A stretch of 64,000 nt of DNA from an uncultured bacterium (GCA_963786935.1 CAWBAN010000002.1:256001-320000); one strand, 5' to 3'; shown: positions 46,258 to 56,850, counted from the stretch's first letter. The notes: generated from the letters alone by a model not told the origin. Made by a program: numbers and translations.

Positions 46258-48228
46258 CTATTTCAGGAGCACCATCTTCTTGGTCAGCGATCTCTTGCCT
46301 GCGGTGAGGCGATAGAAGTAGATCCCCGTGCCAGCAGCCGCACCCCGGCCGTCCCTCCCGTCCCACGACACCTCGTTCGGTCCCGGCTCCCGCTCCCCGT
46401 CGAGGAGGCATGCGACCTCCCGTCCGGCGCAGTCATAGACCGCGAGCCTCACGCGTTCCTTCGCCGGGAGATCGAACCGGATCGTCGTCGTCGGATTGAA
46501 GGGATTCGGATAGTTCTGCATGAGCGCAAGCTCCAGAGCCGGGAGAGAGACAATGTCACTCTCGAAGAGAATCCATCTCTTTCCGCCGGTCTCGATGTCC
46601 ACCCGGTATCGATACGCGACGCCCGGCCGGCACGTCTCGTCGGAGCAGGTGAACGAGAGGTCGTCTCTCTGGATGGAGGGGTGAATGAGCTCCTCATAGT
46701 CCCCGCCCGATGAGCGAAGCACGGTGAATCTCGCATCGGCGTCCATCTCGGCGAGGCGCCATTCGATGACGATGCTCCGGCCCTGCGCCCGGGTCGCGAA
46801 GCTCTGGAGGAGGGTCGCTACGGTCTCGCCGTTCGCCGTAACGCGCATCGCATAGACGGCTCCGATCGTGTCCTGCCGCATGCCCCGCCACGTCATGATC
46901 GCTCCGCCCTCGCCGTTCGGGATCATCTGGGGATAGTACTGGCCGTCGATGGCGCCGCAGACGACCACTCCCGTGTCCGGCCAGAGGAGGTTTCCGTCTG
47001 GATCGACGCGTTGGGCGAAAATATCCCAGGAGGTTGCTGTGCCGAGCCCTTGCTGCCAAGTAATGATCGCGCCTCCTATCTCGTCGATGACAATCTCGGG
47101 CATAGACCAATTGAATCCGGTCACAGAAGGTCCGAGATTGATCATGATACCATTCGAATTCCACGCAGCGGTGCCATTGGACTGCAATCTCTGAGCGTAG
47201 ATGTCATCCCGGCCGTTTCGTTTGTCCAGCCAAGTGATGATAGCGCCACCAAGGCCATCAAGCACAACTTTCGGGGCGACTTGCTCCTGAGGCGCCGTGC
47301 AGACCGGCACGATTCCCGTGGGTAGAATGATGCCGGCTGAGTCGATGTGCTGGGCAAATATGCTCTGCCACTCCGCCGCGTTACCGCTGTCCCATGTCAT
47401 ATAGGCGCCGCCGCATTCATCCTCGATACAGCTGAGGTGCCCCTTCAAACCGGTGGATAGATCTATGGGGACTCCGGACGCCGTCCAGCGCTTGTTTCCG
47501 GCTCCGTCTAGACGTTGAGCGTAGATGAAGGAGTTCAGGATGCTGTTGCGCTCATCCTCCCAAACGAGTATGACGCCGCCCGATCCATCAGTAACCGTAC
47601 AGTGCCTATCCTGCCAATAGGAGGTTGGGCACACGGCGATGCCGTTCGATGTCCATAGAGCATTCCCGTTGCCGTCGAGCTTCTGGCAGTAGATCTGTCC
47701 CACGCCGCTCCGGTCATCCCGCCAGGCGATGTAGAAGTTGCCGTTGCCGTCCGGGACAATGTCGGGACCGTATTGACCGTACCGTTCGCTGGTTATCGCG
47801 ATACCATTCGGTGTCCATTGAACTACACCGTCAGCAGTGATGCGCTGAGCGTATACATGATAGGTCCCGCTCCGCTCATCACGCCAGGCGATGATTGCGC
47901 CTCCTAAGCCGTCCGGTTGGATATTGGGATCAAGCTGCGACTCAGGCTGCACGGAGATGGGAACGCCATCCGGCGCCCAGAGAATATTACCATCTCGATC
48001 GATGCGCTGTGCGTATATATCAAAATCATAGGGCACACCCGATCGCACTTCCTCCCATGCGATGATCGCGCCTCCCGAGGCATCCGATGCGATGAATCCA
48101 TACCACTGGTCGCTGGGATAGGGACAGAGCGCCACACCGTCCTTGATCCAGGCTGCATGCAGCTCGCCGTAGGCCAGAGAGATTGCTGCGACGAGGACCA
48201 AGGCGATTCGGCCGAGCGTTCCCATCAT
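46258..48228 (-). CDS. 8-repeat beta-propeller protein with T9SS-A/FlgD-like CTD, copy 2
   Basis: Colinear with copy 1; C-terminal third almost identical. Confidence 0.85.
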   Translation of the reverse strand: MMGTLGRIALVLVAAISLAYGELHAAWIKDGVALCPYPSDQWYGFIASDASGGAIIAWEEVRSGVPYDFDIYAQRIDRDGNILWAPDGVPISVQPESQLDPNIQPDGLGGAIIAWRDERSGTYHVYAQRITADGVVQWTPNGIAITSERYGQYGPDIVPDGNGNFYIAWRDDRSGVGQIYCQKLDGNGNALWTSNGIAVCPTSYWQDRHCTVTDGSGGVILVWEDERNSILNSFIYAQRLDGAGNKRWTASGVPIDLSTGLKGHLSCIEDECGGAYMTWDSGNAAEWQSIFAQHIDSAGIILPTGIVPVCTAPQEQVAPKVVLDGLGGAIITWLDKRNGRDDIYAQRLQSNGTAAWNSNGIMINLGPSVTGFNWSMPEIVIDEIGGAIITWQQGLGTATSWDIFAQRVDPDGNLLWPDTGVVVCGAIDGQYYPQMIPNGEGGAIMTWRGMRQDTIGAVYAMRVTANGETVATLLQSFATRAQGRSIVIEWRLAEMDADARFTVLRSSGGDYEELIHPSIQRDDLSFTCSDETCRPGVAYRYRVDIETGGKRWILFESDIVSLPALELALMQNYPNPFNPTTTIRFDLPAKERVRLAVYDCAGREVACLLDGEREPGPNEVSWDGRDGRGAAAGTGIYFYRLTAGKRSLTKKMVLLK

Positions 48229-48278
48229 GCTCTGCCTCTCTTCGTTATTTGATGAAATCGCGTCCCGATTGCGCTCCA

Positions 48279-48351
48279 AGATTACCGCTTCTACTCAAAG
48301 ATATCAATACAAAAATAGATACTTGACGTAGGCGTCATGATCTCCTAATCT
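48279..48351. promoter_or_regulatory. Symmetric back-to-back promoters of module 2
   Basis: Minus TTGATA-17-TAATCT (48307-48279); plus TTGACG-17-TAATCT (48323-48351). Confidence 0.65.
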
Positions 48352-48436
48352 CCGAGAGACTTGTTCTTGGCGGCATTCATCTCTTGGGGCGCAGCTCGTA
48401 CAACAATTCAGGGTCTTTTGGAAGGTGGGTGATTCC

Positions 48437-51400
48437 ATGAGGAAACTCATCGCATGCGGAGCACTCTGCATTCTCCTTTGCATGGTCTCTCGGGCTGCGG
48501 CGGCATACGACTTGTACAATATCCTGCCAGACCCTGGAACGAGAGCACTCCCCAAACCCACTCCGGGGATTATCCTCGTGAGCGTGTGGCAGAGCGAGAA
48601 AGAACAGAATTGCTTCTATACGGTGAATAGTGAGGTAAAATCGCTCTTGGGTGAGCGCACGACTTCCGAGTTGAGAGCGCGCGGCCTGAGAAAGAGCAGG
48701 GTGATCTACAAGGGCGATAGCTACTGCACTTATGCATTATATTTCAACCGGCCTGGTCGCGAGTCAGAACTCGTCAGATACCTGGAGAGCCAGACCGGAG
48801 TAATCCGCGCCCGGTTGGATTATCCGCTCCAATTCCTGGCTGAGCCCAATGATCCCATATATCAGCCAGATGCCGTTGATTCGTTGACGCATTGGGCGCC
48901 CTTCCCGATAAACTACGGCAATAAGGCTCCTTTTAGGACTTGCGTGTCCGGAGGTGCCTGCTGCTGCGAAGCGCCATGCAGCTCGGTAGAGTCCCCCCTA
49001 TGGGGCACTTTGGACCATCTGCATATGTCCGACCAATGGTATCTTCAGCGCGTTCGGGCCAACAAGGCGTGGGATGTCGAAAAGGGCGATCCGGCCGTCA
49101 AGATCATGGTAATCGATTCGGGAATTGATCTCGACCATCCCGATCTCGACGGGCATATCTGGGACAACTCGAGCGTTGATCCCGAAGGGGACGCCAATAA
49201 TGACGGACTGCCAGGCGGGGGAAATGGATTTGCCAATCCACTGGTGAACAAAGATATAGATGGTGACGGTTTGAGTCTTTGGGGAAGCGAAACACCCGTT
49301 GCCGTGTGCGATTGTGGCCCCGATGGGGATTATGGCTTCGGGCCAAATGGAATGGATGACCTTCCAGAAGGACCCGGAGGGGGCGACGACGATAGCGGGG
49401 AAACCAATGCGTGGCAGGATAATATCCGCGGCCCCGGCAACGAAACGAATCCCCTGGATAGCCTTTTCAACGATGACATGGATGACGTTGTCTTCATGAA
49501 GAACGACGACGACGGAAATGGGTATCCTGAAGATACCCATGGGATCAATCTCTACGACCTTATTGACGATTACGGTCTCGGGGGAATTCCCGACGGAGTA
49601 GCCGGTGTAAGAGACTGGGGAAGCGATACTCTTGAGGGGGACTACGACCATGACGGAGGCCGGCACTTCAATGATTTGCAGGTAAAAACGTCGGATTTCA
49701 ATGGCAACGGAATACAGCTATGCGGGCCAGATGGGCTTTGCGACGCCGGTCCTGATGGGGACTATGGATTTGGTGCCAATGGAATAGATGATGCGCCCGA
49801 AGGACCGACGGGCGTGCCCGATGATGATGATGGCCCAAAATGGGCAGATAACCTACGAGGACCCGGATCTCAGCATCCCGAACTGGCATATGACGACGAT
49901 ATGAAAGACATTCTCTTTATGAGGTATGATACTGATGAAGACGGAAATCCCTTCGAGGGGCCGCGCGATGATAGCTGCCCGAAGTACAATGGCTGCCACG
50001 GAACCCTGATGGCTGGAATCATCGGCGCTGAGACAAACAACTCAGAGGGAATGGCCGGCTTTGTCTGGAATTGCACGCTCCTGCCGGCGAAGGTCGCCAT
50101 AGGCATGCCCGAATATGAATATGATCCCGGTGATACAGGTTTTGTACACTGGAATCCTCAGGCGGCCGTGGAGAGACTGATTCTGGCCCTCGACTATGCG
50201 ATCGAGAAGGAAGTTGACGTCGTGAATATGAGCCTCGGTTGCTACCCGGATCTGGTGCCCGGAGAGAATCCGTTGAATGATCCGGATCTCGAGGCGAAGG
50301 TAGACGAGGCGCACCATTCCGGAATAGTGCTCGTTGCTGGCGCCGGTAACGAGCCCCATGATTACTATCTTTACCCCGCATCTTTTAAACATGTAATTTC
50401 GGCTAGTGGAGTCAATTGGCACGAGGAGAAAGCCACCTACACAACCTATAACGACAGCGTGGATGTCTGTACTCCCGTTGGTGATGAAAGGGCGGATACA
50501 AACCTAACAATAGGAATGAATGATCGAGGCGCAGACTGCAAGACTACAGCATATTCGAGAAATCCAGCAGGAGGCGGACAAGAGAACCACGGGTATGCGG
50601 TTACGGCCATACAGACTTCGGGCGCCACGGCCCAAGTCTCCGGTCTTGCGGCGCTTCTGGTTTCATTCTATCCGAGAAGCAGAGTCGCGCAGATGTTTCC
50701 GGGGGAATATACGCCTTCTGCTAACGATAGCTTCTACGCCGATTTCATTGAGAGAGAGATAAAGCGAGGCTGCGTTCCGTTGCCGAATGAACCGCTCTAT
50801 TGGCAGGGGAAGCTCGGCGCCGGGCGCATAGATGCCTACAGGTCTCTAACGCAGTGGGGAACGATTACGGAAGACGCGATTTGGAATGAGAGCGTGTATA
50901 TCTCCGGGGATCTGAATATCGCGGATAGCGCCACAGTTACGATTCTGCCCGGAACCACCGTGTATATCTCCACCGAGGACGATGGAGACCTCTGGGTCGA
51001 TTCAGCGAGGGTCGCGATACTGGTTTACGGCACTCTGAATGCGAACGGCACAGCGCAGAATCCGATCGTCTTCAAGTCCTGGAATGAGACTCCCTCCGCC
51101 GGCGACTGGTACGGCATCTGGTACAAAGGGGAAGATGCCTCGGGCTCCCTCTCCCACTGCAGTATCCAAGATGCGAAGTACGGGGTATCGAGCGACGCGA
51201 CGATCGAGATGCGCGACTGCGAGGTGACGAACAGCCTCGTTGCGGGGATCTACCTCTACGACGACATGGACGGCCAGAGCGTCATCAACAACGAGAGCGT
51301 CATCGAACGCTGCACGATCAGCGAGAACGATCACGCGGGCGCCTCGGCTATGCGCATTTGGAACTGTCCCCTCGAGATCGAGGTGGATAGCTGCACGGTG

Positions 51401-52249
51401 AACATGAACTACCGGGGGCTTTGGGTCAGCAACGCCCGGCCGACGATATCGTGGTGCGAGATCGCCTGCAATCAGGAGGACGGCATCTGGGTGACGAGCT
51501 ACCAGTATGATCCGCCCTATCCATATCCTACGATCAGCAATTGCCGGATTCAGGGGAATGGGGTGGAGGGCATCCGCTGCGAGTACAACAAGGCGCAGGT
51601 GACCTACACGAAGATCTGGGAGAACGAGAGCTACGGTCTTCTTGCCTACGGGGTAGACGCCTACCCGGAGATCGACCACTCGAAGATAATCAGCAATATG
51701 CTCGCGGGGGTGAGGGCGGAGGCCGGGGGAACGGCGGTGCTCGGAAACGTCGCCCTCGGGAAAGGGCAGAACAACTCGCTCTACGGGCAGACGAAGAACG
51801 TGTACAACGCAAACGCCTCTACGCTCTACGCCGAGAACTGCTGGTGGGGCGCTGCTCCCCCGGACAAGACGAAGATGTACGGCCCGGTTGATTACACGCC
51901 GTATCTTACGAGCGATCCGGTGCCGAATCTCGCCCCGGCAAAACCGGCCAAGGTACCTCCCATATTCTCCCTCGCTCAGAACTATCCCAATCCCTTCGGC
52001 ATCGGCTCGGAGGCGACATCGATCCGGTTCTCGGTTCCTTCGTCGAGCGAGCGGGCGGTGTTGAGAGTCTACGACGTCTCGGGGAGGCTCGTGCGCACGC
52101 TCGTGGATGGCATGCGGGAGGGCGACAGCTACGTCGCCACATGGGACGGGAGAAACGAGCGGGGAGCGAGAGTGGCGGCGGGGATCTACTTCTACAGGCT
52201 TCAGCACGGGCCGAAGATAATGACCAAGAAAATGGTGCTTTTCAGATGA
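48437..52249 (+). CDS. Large S8 protease with Asp/Gly repeat insert, beta-helix and CTD, copy 2
   Basis: VIDSG, HGTLMAG, AGAGN, QTSGA; colinear with copy 1. Confidence 0.88.
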   Translation: MRKLIACGALCILLCMVSRAAAAYDLYNILPDPGTRALPKPTPGIILVSVWQSEKEQNCFYTVNSEVKSLLGERTTSELRARGLRKSRVIYKGDSYCTYALYFNRPGRESELVRYLESQTGVIRARLDYPLQFLAEPNDPIYQPDAVDSLTHWAPFPINYGNKAPFRTCVSGGACCCEAPCSSVESPLWGTLDHLHMSDQWYLQRVRANKAWDVEKGDPAVKIMVIDSGIDLDHPDLDGHIWDNSSVDPEGDANNDGLPGGGNGFANPLVNKDIDGDGLSLWGSETPVAVCDCGPDGDYGFGPNGMDDLPEGPGGGDDDSGETNAWQDNIRGPGNETNPLDSLFNDDMDDVVFMKNDDDGNGYPEDTHGINLYDLIDDYGLGGIPDGVAGVRDWGSDTLEGDYDHDGGRHFNDLQVKTSDFNGNGIQLCGPDGLCDAGPDGDYGFGANGIDDAPEGPTGVPDDDDGPKWADNLRGPGSQHPELAYDDDMKDILFMRYDTDEDGNPFEGPRDDSCPKYNGCHGTLMAGIIGAETNNSEGMAGFVWNCTLLPAKVAIGMPEYEYDPGDTGFVHWNPQAAVERLILALDYAIEKEVDVVNMSLGCYPDLVPGENPLNDPDLEAKVDEAHHSGIVLVAGAGNEPHDYYLYPASFKHVISASGVNWHEEKATYTTYNDSVDVCTPVGDERADTNLTIGMNDRGADCKTTAYSRNPAGGGQENHGYAVTAIQTSGATAQVSGLAALLVSFYPRSRVAQMFPGEYTPSANDSFYADFIEREIKRGCVPLPNEPLYWQGKLGAGRIDAYRSLTQWGTITEDAIWNESVYISGDLNIADSATVTILPGTTVYISTEDDGDLWVDSARVAILVYGTLNANGTAQNPIVFKSWNETPSAGDWYGIWYKGEDASGSLSHCSIQDAKYGVSSDATIEMRDCEVTNSLVAGIYLYDDMDGQSVINNESVIERCTISENDHAGASAMRIWNCPLEIEVDSCTVNMNYRGLWVSNARPTISWCEIACNQEDGIWVTSYQYDPPYPYPTISNCRIQGNGVEGIRCEYNKAQVTYTKIWENESYGLLAYGVDAYPEIDHSKIISNMLAGVRAEAGGTAVLGNVALGKGQNNSLYGQTKNVYNANASTLYAENCWWGAAPPDKTKMYGPVDYTPYLTSDPVPNLAPAKPAKVPPIFSLAQNYPNPFGIGSEATSIRFSVPSSSERAVLRVYDVSGRLVRTLVDGMREGDSYVATWDGRNERGARVAAGIYFYRLQHGPKIMTKKMVLFR

Positions 52250-52266
52250 TGCGGGAGGGAGAAATC

Positions 52267-52815
52267 ATGCCGAGAAACGTTGTATTCGTTCTTGTGCTTT
52301 CGATCGTGCTCGCGGCGGTGAGTCTTCAGGCGAAAGAGATCCTGCTGGTTCCCTCCAAGGTCGAGGCGATCACGTCGCCGACGGATGCAAGAGACACGAG
52401 AGTGCTGGTGTACTTCGAGCTTCCGAAGGAGCTCTTCGACAAGAAGGTCGCGATCGACAACGCCCTGCTGGTATTCGAGGCTCAGGTGACCGGGGCGGAG
52501 TTCGGGATGGTGCACTTCTTGCCCGCCACGAGAGCGTGGCAGACCGAGGCGAGCGTGACGTGGGAATCCCCGTGGGAAAAGGCAGGCGGAGACTTCACGG
52601 ATCGCATCGCCGGCAAGTGCGTGACGCTTAAATCCGCTGAGGCCGGGAAAGAGACGATCTCCGACGTCACGTTCGTCGTGATGGACTGGGTGTCGGGGAG
52701 GCTCGCCAACAACGGGCTCATTCTCGTGCCGTCGCAGGCGGATCTTGCGGAATCGAGCGCCGCGTTTTCATTCGACAAAGGTAGTCTGAAGCTCGAGATC
52801 GAGTACATGAAGTAG
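52267..52815 (+). CDS. Small exported DNRLRE-like protein, copy 2
   Basis: Closely similar to 45080-45628. Confidence 0.7.
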   Translation: MPRNVVFVLVLSIVLAAVSLQAKEILLVPSKVEAITSPTDARDTRVLVYFELPKELFDKKVAIDNALLVFEAQVTGAEFGMVHFLPATRAWQTEASVTWESPWEKAGGDFTDRIAGKCVTLKSAEAGKETISDVTFVVMDWVSGRLANNGLILVPSQADLAESSAAFSFDKGSLKLEIEYMK

Positions 52816-52943
52816 GCCGCCGAAATTCAGTGTCTCGCCTGGCAGTTTCTGTTAAAATGCATAGATTGCCCCTCAAGGAGGTCATTGCACGATACTCCTT
52901 TGGGTGATCTGTGCGCGTAACAAACAACGAGGTGAATGTAGCA

Positions 52944-54404
52944 ATGAGAGTGCGTAGCAGCTTCGGACTAGCGCTTCTGGTTCTGGCATTCCCATGCGCG
53001 ATTGGGGCGGGGGAGTTGAGCAAGAGCGCCGAACGCGCCTACGGCTCGATCCGCCCGATGGACGTTTACGATCTATGCAAAAAGATCTCCTCGGATGAAT
53101 TCGCCGGACGGCTGACGGGGGACGCGGGCTACACGGCCGCGGCGAATTGGGCGGCCTCGATGTTCAAGGAATGGGGGCTCAAGCCGATCGATAAGGAGAC
53201 GGGGTATCTGCAGCCCTATCCGTCGCCATATACGATCGTGGACGAATCGGAGATGACGCTCCTCCTCCCGGCCGCTGCCGGCGCCTCGCCGCGCGAGATG
53301 AAGCTCGAGGTCCAAAAGGATTTTATGCCGCTTCTCTTCGCGGCGAGCGGCGATACGACGGCAGACCTCGTCTTCGCCGGATGGGGCATCAGCGCGCCCG
53401 ATCTCGGCTATGACGATTACGCCGGCCTCGATCCCGCCGGCAAGTTCGTGCTCTGCTTCCGCGGCACTCCCGACGAGGCGGACACCGCATTCGAATACTA
53501 CGATCAGCATCGGACCCGCATGCGCGTCGCCAAGGAGAAGGGGGCCCTCGGCATCATCTACATCTACGACAAGCCGAACGCCCATCCGAACGGCGACTGG
53601 ATCGACGGATTCATGCCGGCCATGATCAGCGAGTCCGTCGCCGATTCGCTGTTCGCCGAGGCCGCGCTCACCTGCGCCGCGATCCGGAAGAATCTCGAAG
53701 AGACGAAGAAGCCCGCCTCATTTTCGTTGAGCTCGCGCGCGCGGTACCGCGTCGCATCGAGGCACTTCCCCGACGGCGTCGGATACAACGTCGCCGCGTT
53801 CGTCGAGGGCTCCGATCCGAAGCTGCGCGGCGAATGCGTCGTGATCGGGGCGCACTACGACCACTGCGGGAGCCACATGGGGATGATCTTCCCCGGCGCC
53901 AACGACGACGCGAGCGGTTCGGCCGTCGTGATGGAGCTGGCCGAGGCCTATTCGAAGCTCAAGGAGCGGCCGAAGCGCTCGGTCATGTTCGTGCTCTTCG
54001 GGGGAGAGGAGATGGGGCTTGCCGGCTCGACGCATTTCGCGGAGCATCTCCCCGCGGGATTCGCGAAGGTCACGGGGATGTTCAACTTCGACATGGTCGG
54101 CGAGGGGGACGGGGCGAGCTGCGGATACACGAGCGATCCGCCGGAGCTGCTCGCCGCCCTCGATGAGGCCGGCCGCCGCGTCGGAACCCTGCGGAGAACG
54201 TGGCCGATCAAGCACGTCGGCGTGCGGTCGAGCGATTTCGCGCCGTTCTTCCTCAAGGGGGCCCCGTGCGTCGCGTGTTTCTCGAACGGCCCGCACCTCG
54301 CGTATCACGAGACGGGGGACACGATCTACCGCATCAATCCCGACGTTCTCGCCGACATCGCGCGAATCGGGTTTCTCGCGTCGTACGAGTGGGCGAACCG
54401 CTGA
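52944..54404 (+). CDS. M28 family aminopeptidase with PA domain
   Basis: Signal peptide; GAHYDH, GANDDASG, GEEMGL, NFDMVG, SDF, YH...D. Confidence 0.93.
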   Translation: MRVRSSFGLALLVLAFPCAIGAGELSKSAERAYGSIRPMDVYDLCKKISSDEFAGRLTGDAGYTAAANWAASMFKEWGLKPIDKETGYLQPYPSPYTIVDESEMTLLLPAAAGASPREMKLEVQKDFMPLLFAASGDTTADLVFAGWGISAPDLGYDDYAGLDPAGKFVLCFRGTPDEADTAFEYYDQHRTRMRVAKEKGALGIIYIYDKPNAHPNGDWIDGFMPAMISESVADSLFAEAALTCAAIRKNLEETKKPASFSLSSRARYRVASRHFPDGVGYNVAAFVEGSDPKLRGECVVIGAHYDHCGSHMGMIFPGANDDASGSAVVMELAEAYSKLKERPKRSVMFVLFGGEEMGLAGSTHFAEHLPAGFAKVTGMFNFDMVGEGDGASCGYTSDPPELLAALDEAGRRVGTLRRTWPIKHVGVRSSDFAPFFLKGAPCVACFSNGPHLAYHETGDTIYRINPDVLADIARIGFLASYEWANR

Positions 54405-54436
54405 GGCGGCGGAAGCAACCGAAGCGCGAAAATGAT

Positions 54437-54468
54437 AAAGCCGCGCGGTCTCGAAACCGCGCGGCTTT
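54437..54468. terminator. Bidirectional intrinsic terminator
   Basis: AAAGCCGCGCGGT-CTCGAA-ACCGCGCGGCTTT. Confidence 0.8.
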
Positions 54469-54526
54469 TCATATCATCGGGGCTCCCGCGAGGCAACTCA
54501 GGTCGCGCGACGCGGGCGATTCCCGA

Positions 54527-55306
54527 TTACTTCGGCATGATCTCCTTCACCGCCGCCGGAACCTGGAAGATCGTGTCCGGGAGCGTGACATTGTATTCCG
54601 CGCTCACGAGCGTCATGTTGCGGTCCTGTCCCATGATCTTCATGCTCGTCTTGTACGACACGAGGACATCGCCGACCTTCCGGTAGTCGGTGGGGTACGC
54701 CTCGATGGTGACGTCGCCCATCTGGCTCTGGACGACGGTCGTCGTCTTCACGAGGAGCCCGGATTTCTGATCGAAGCTGTACGCGCGGGCCCGGCCGTTC
54801 TTCGGCTTCAGGATGATCTTGTCGGCGGGGCTTCCCGCGACCGTGTCGACGCCGGCGTACGTCACCGTGTCGTACAGGGTGCGCCAGTACGCCATGCCTT
54901 CGAACTTGGCTTCGCGCAGCGCGTCGGTGAGCTCCGCTCCTTCGAGGAGCCGCGCTCCCTGCATCGTCGAGTTCTCCCAGTAGATTGTCCCGTCGGTGCC
55001 GCGCTCGAAGGTGCCGATCGCGGGGGATTCGGCCTTTGAATAGAAAAGATTCGGCCGCGCCGAATAGGCGGTCACATCGAGCGTGATGCCTGCCGCCGGT
55101 ATCTCGAGGGCTCCCTTCACGACGCTGTTCTGGAGCTTGTCGTACGCCTTGACGCCCCCCGTCGCCTCGACGAACTTGTCGAGGATCTGCTCGGGCTTGG
55201 GAGCCTTGGGCGCCTTCTCGGCGAACGACACCTGCGCGCCGAGGGCGAGAACGAGAACCGCGAGCGCCGCGATCGAGATCGCCGCTATGCGCATCCTGCT
55301 ATGCAT
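54527..55306 (-). CDS. Exported LolA/DUF620-like beta protein
   Basis: Signal peptide; ILDKFVEATGG, FDQKSGLLVK, DYRKVG, YNV.LPD.IF. Confidence 0.7.
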   Translation of the reverse strand: MHSRMRIAAISIAALAVLVLALGAQVSFAEKAPKAPKPEQILDKFVEATGGVKAYDKLQNSVVKGALEIPAAGITLDVTAYSARPNLFYSKAESPAIGTFERGTDGTIYWENSTMQGARLLEGAELTDALREAKFEGMAYWRTLYDTVTYAGVDTVAGSPADKIILKPKNGRARAYSFDQKSGLLVKTTTVVQSQMGDVTIEAYPTDYRKVGDVLVSYKTSMKIMGQDRNMTLVSAEYNVTLPDTIFQVPAAVKEIMPK

Positions 55307-55347
55307 GCTTTCGCACCTCCGAAGTTCGGGCCATTGAGAATCGAGGA

Positions 55348-56670
55348 TCATTCACCTTTATAATGCTGTTCGCGTATCCAGTCAATCGCCGCTTCGAGCG
55401 CGGGGTCGTTTCCCGCGAGCAGCGCCTCGCGCGTCGGATGAACCTCGACGTCCGGGTGGACGCCCTCTCCCTCGAGCTCGACGCCGGTTCGAGAGATGTA
55501 CGACGCGAAGGCGTACTGGAATCCGTCGCCGTTCGGCAGGCGTTCCGCCGCCGAGGGGAGGGTGGCGCCGATGGTCCGCGATCCGAAGAGGCAGACCCGC
55601 GGGAGCCCCTGCGCGCCGCCGGCGAACATCTCCGACGAGGAGCCCGAGAGCCCGTCGACGAGAATGGCGACGGGGCCTTTATAAACCCGCGCGCGCGGAT
55701 TGACGACGAGCTTCAACGTGTCGGTGCGCGTCCGCATCGTCCCCATCGCGACGTTTTTCTCCTCGACGAACCAGCCGGCCAGTCCCATGCCCATTCCGCC
55801 GATCCCGCCGGGATTGCCCCGCACGTCGATGACGACGCCCGGCGCGTCCATGAACGACTGCATCGCCTTTCCGAAGGCCGGCATGAGCGTCGCCGGATCG
55901 AAGAAGACGCTGAAGGTGAAATAGCCGACGCCGTCGGCGAGCGTGTCGGTTCGATACGTGAGGTAGAACGGCGGGAAGTTGCCGAAGATGACCTTCTTGC
56001 CCTGCGGCTCCGCGAGAATCATCGTCCGCTCCGCGGGGCGGTTGTCCCCGTCGACGAAGACGGCGGTCAGCGTGTCGCCGATCGGGCCTCCCATCCTCGA
56101 GCGCACCGCGGACCACAGGTAGTAATCCTTTCTCGGCTTGCCGTCGAACTCCTTCGCGATCGGCTCGAAGACGGGCGGGAGCTCCTCGCCGTCGATCGAG
56201 CGGATCTCCCAGCCGGGGCGCACGCCCGCCTGCTCGCCGGGCATGCCGGGCGCGACGAACGTCACGATCGCCGTGCCGTCGATGATGCGGAACTGGAGGC
56301 CCGTGGTGCCGCCGCGGTCCCCCTTCTTGGCGGGCGCTTCGATATTATCGTACAGCGAAGCGGGGATGATCGCGAAATGGCTCTGGTGCAGGCGGCCGAT
56401 CATGTCCGTCATCGCGGCCCGCGCCTCTTCGGCGGTCTGCGCGTTCTGAACCTTCGGGAGCAGCTCGTCGTGCACGGCCTGCCAGTCGAGGCCGCCGAGC
56501 GTCGGATCGAAATGCTGATCGCGGATCGTTTTCCAGACGTACTCGAAGGAATCGATATTGAGCTGGACCTGTTCGGGCGAGGGCTGCGCCATTGCGGGGC
56601 GGGGCGCGACGACGAGCGTCGCGAAGGCGGCGAGCGCCGCGCCGATGACGAGAAGGGTACGCCGATACAT
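55348..56670 (-). CDS. S41 family peptidase with PDZ domain, copy A
   Basis: GGLDW, QSHF, IDVRGNPGG, SGSSSEMF, EGEGVHPDV. Confidence 0.9.
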   Translation of the reverse strand: MYRRTLLVIGAALAAFATLVVAPRPAMAQPSPEQVQLNIDSFEYVWKTIRDQHFDPTLGGLDWQAVHDELLPKVQNAQTAEEARAAMTDMIGRLHQSHFAIIPASLYDNIEAPAKKGDRGGTTGLQFRIIDGTAIVTFVAPGMPGEQAGVRPGWEIRSIDGEELPPVFEPIAKEFDGKPRKDYYLWSAVRSRMGGPIGDTLTAVFVDGDNRPAERTMILAEPQGKKVIFGNFPPFYLTYRTDTLADGVGYFTFSVFFDPATLMPAFGKAMQSFMDAPGVVIDVRGNPGGIGGMGMGLAGWFVEEKNVAMGTMRTRTDTLKLVVNPRARVYKGPVAILVDGLSGSSSEMFAGGAQGLPRVCLFGSRTIGATLPSAAERLPNGDGFQYAFASYISRTGVELEGEGVHPDVEVHPTREALLAGNDPALEAAIDWIREQHYKGE

Positions 56671-56850
56671 ATATCCTCCGATTGAGGGCGGGTTCGTCGA
56701 TTGCCGGGTGCTTGCAATAATATACGCTCCTCAATTAAATAGGTTCCGGTTTGGAAATCCACATTTTTGGCACTTCGGCGGCCGGCGCGGGTATAGTATT
56801 ATCGGCGGCGGCCGCGGCATGGACGCCGCGCGCGGAAGGGGCATATCCAC

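Noticed and set aside
39020..52815. Prophage, ICE or diversity-generating retroelement explanation for the duplication
   Set aside because: No integrase, transposase, reverse transcriptase or phage gene seen; differences are mostly synonymous and not adenine-specific; no att-like terminal repeats found by eye
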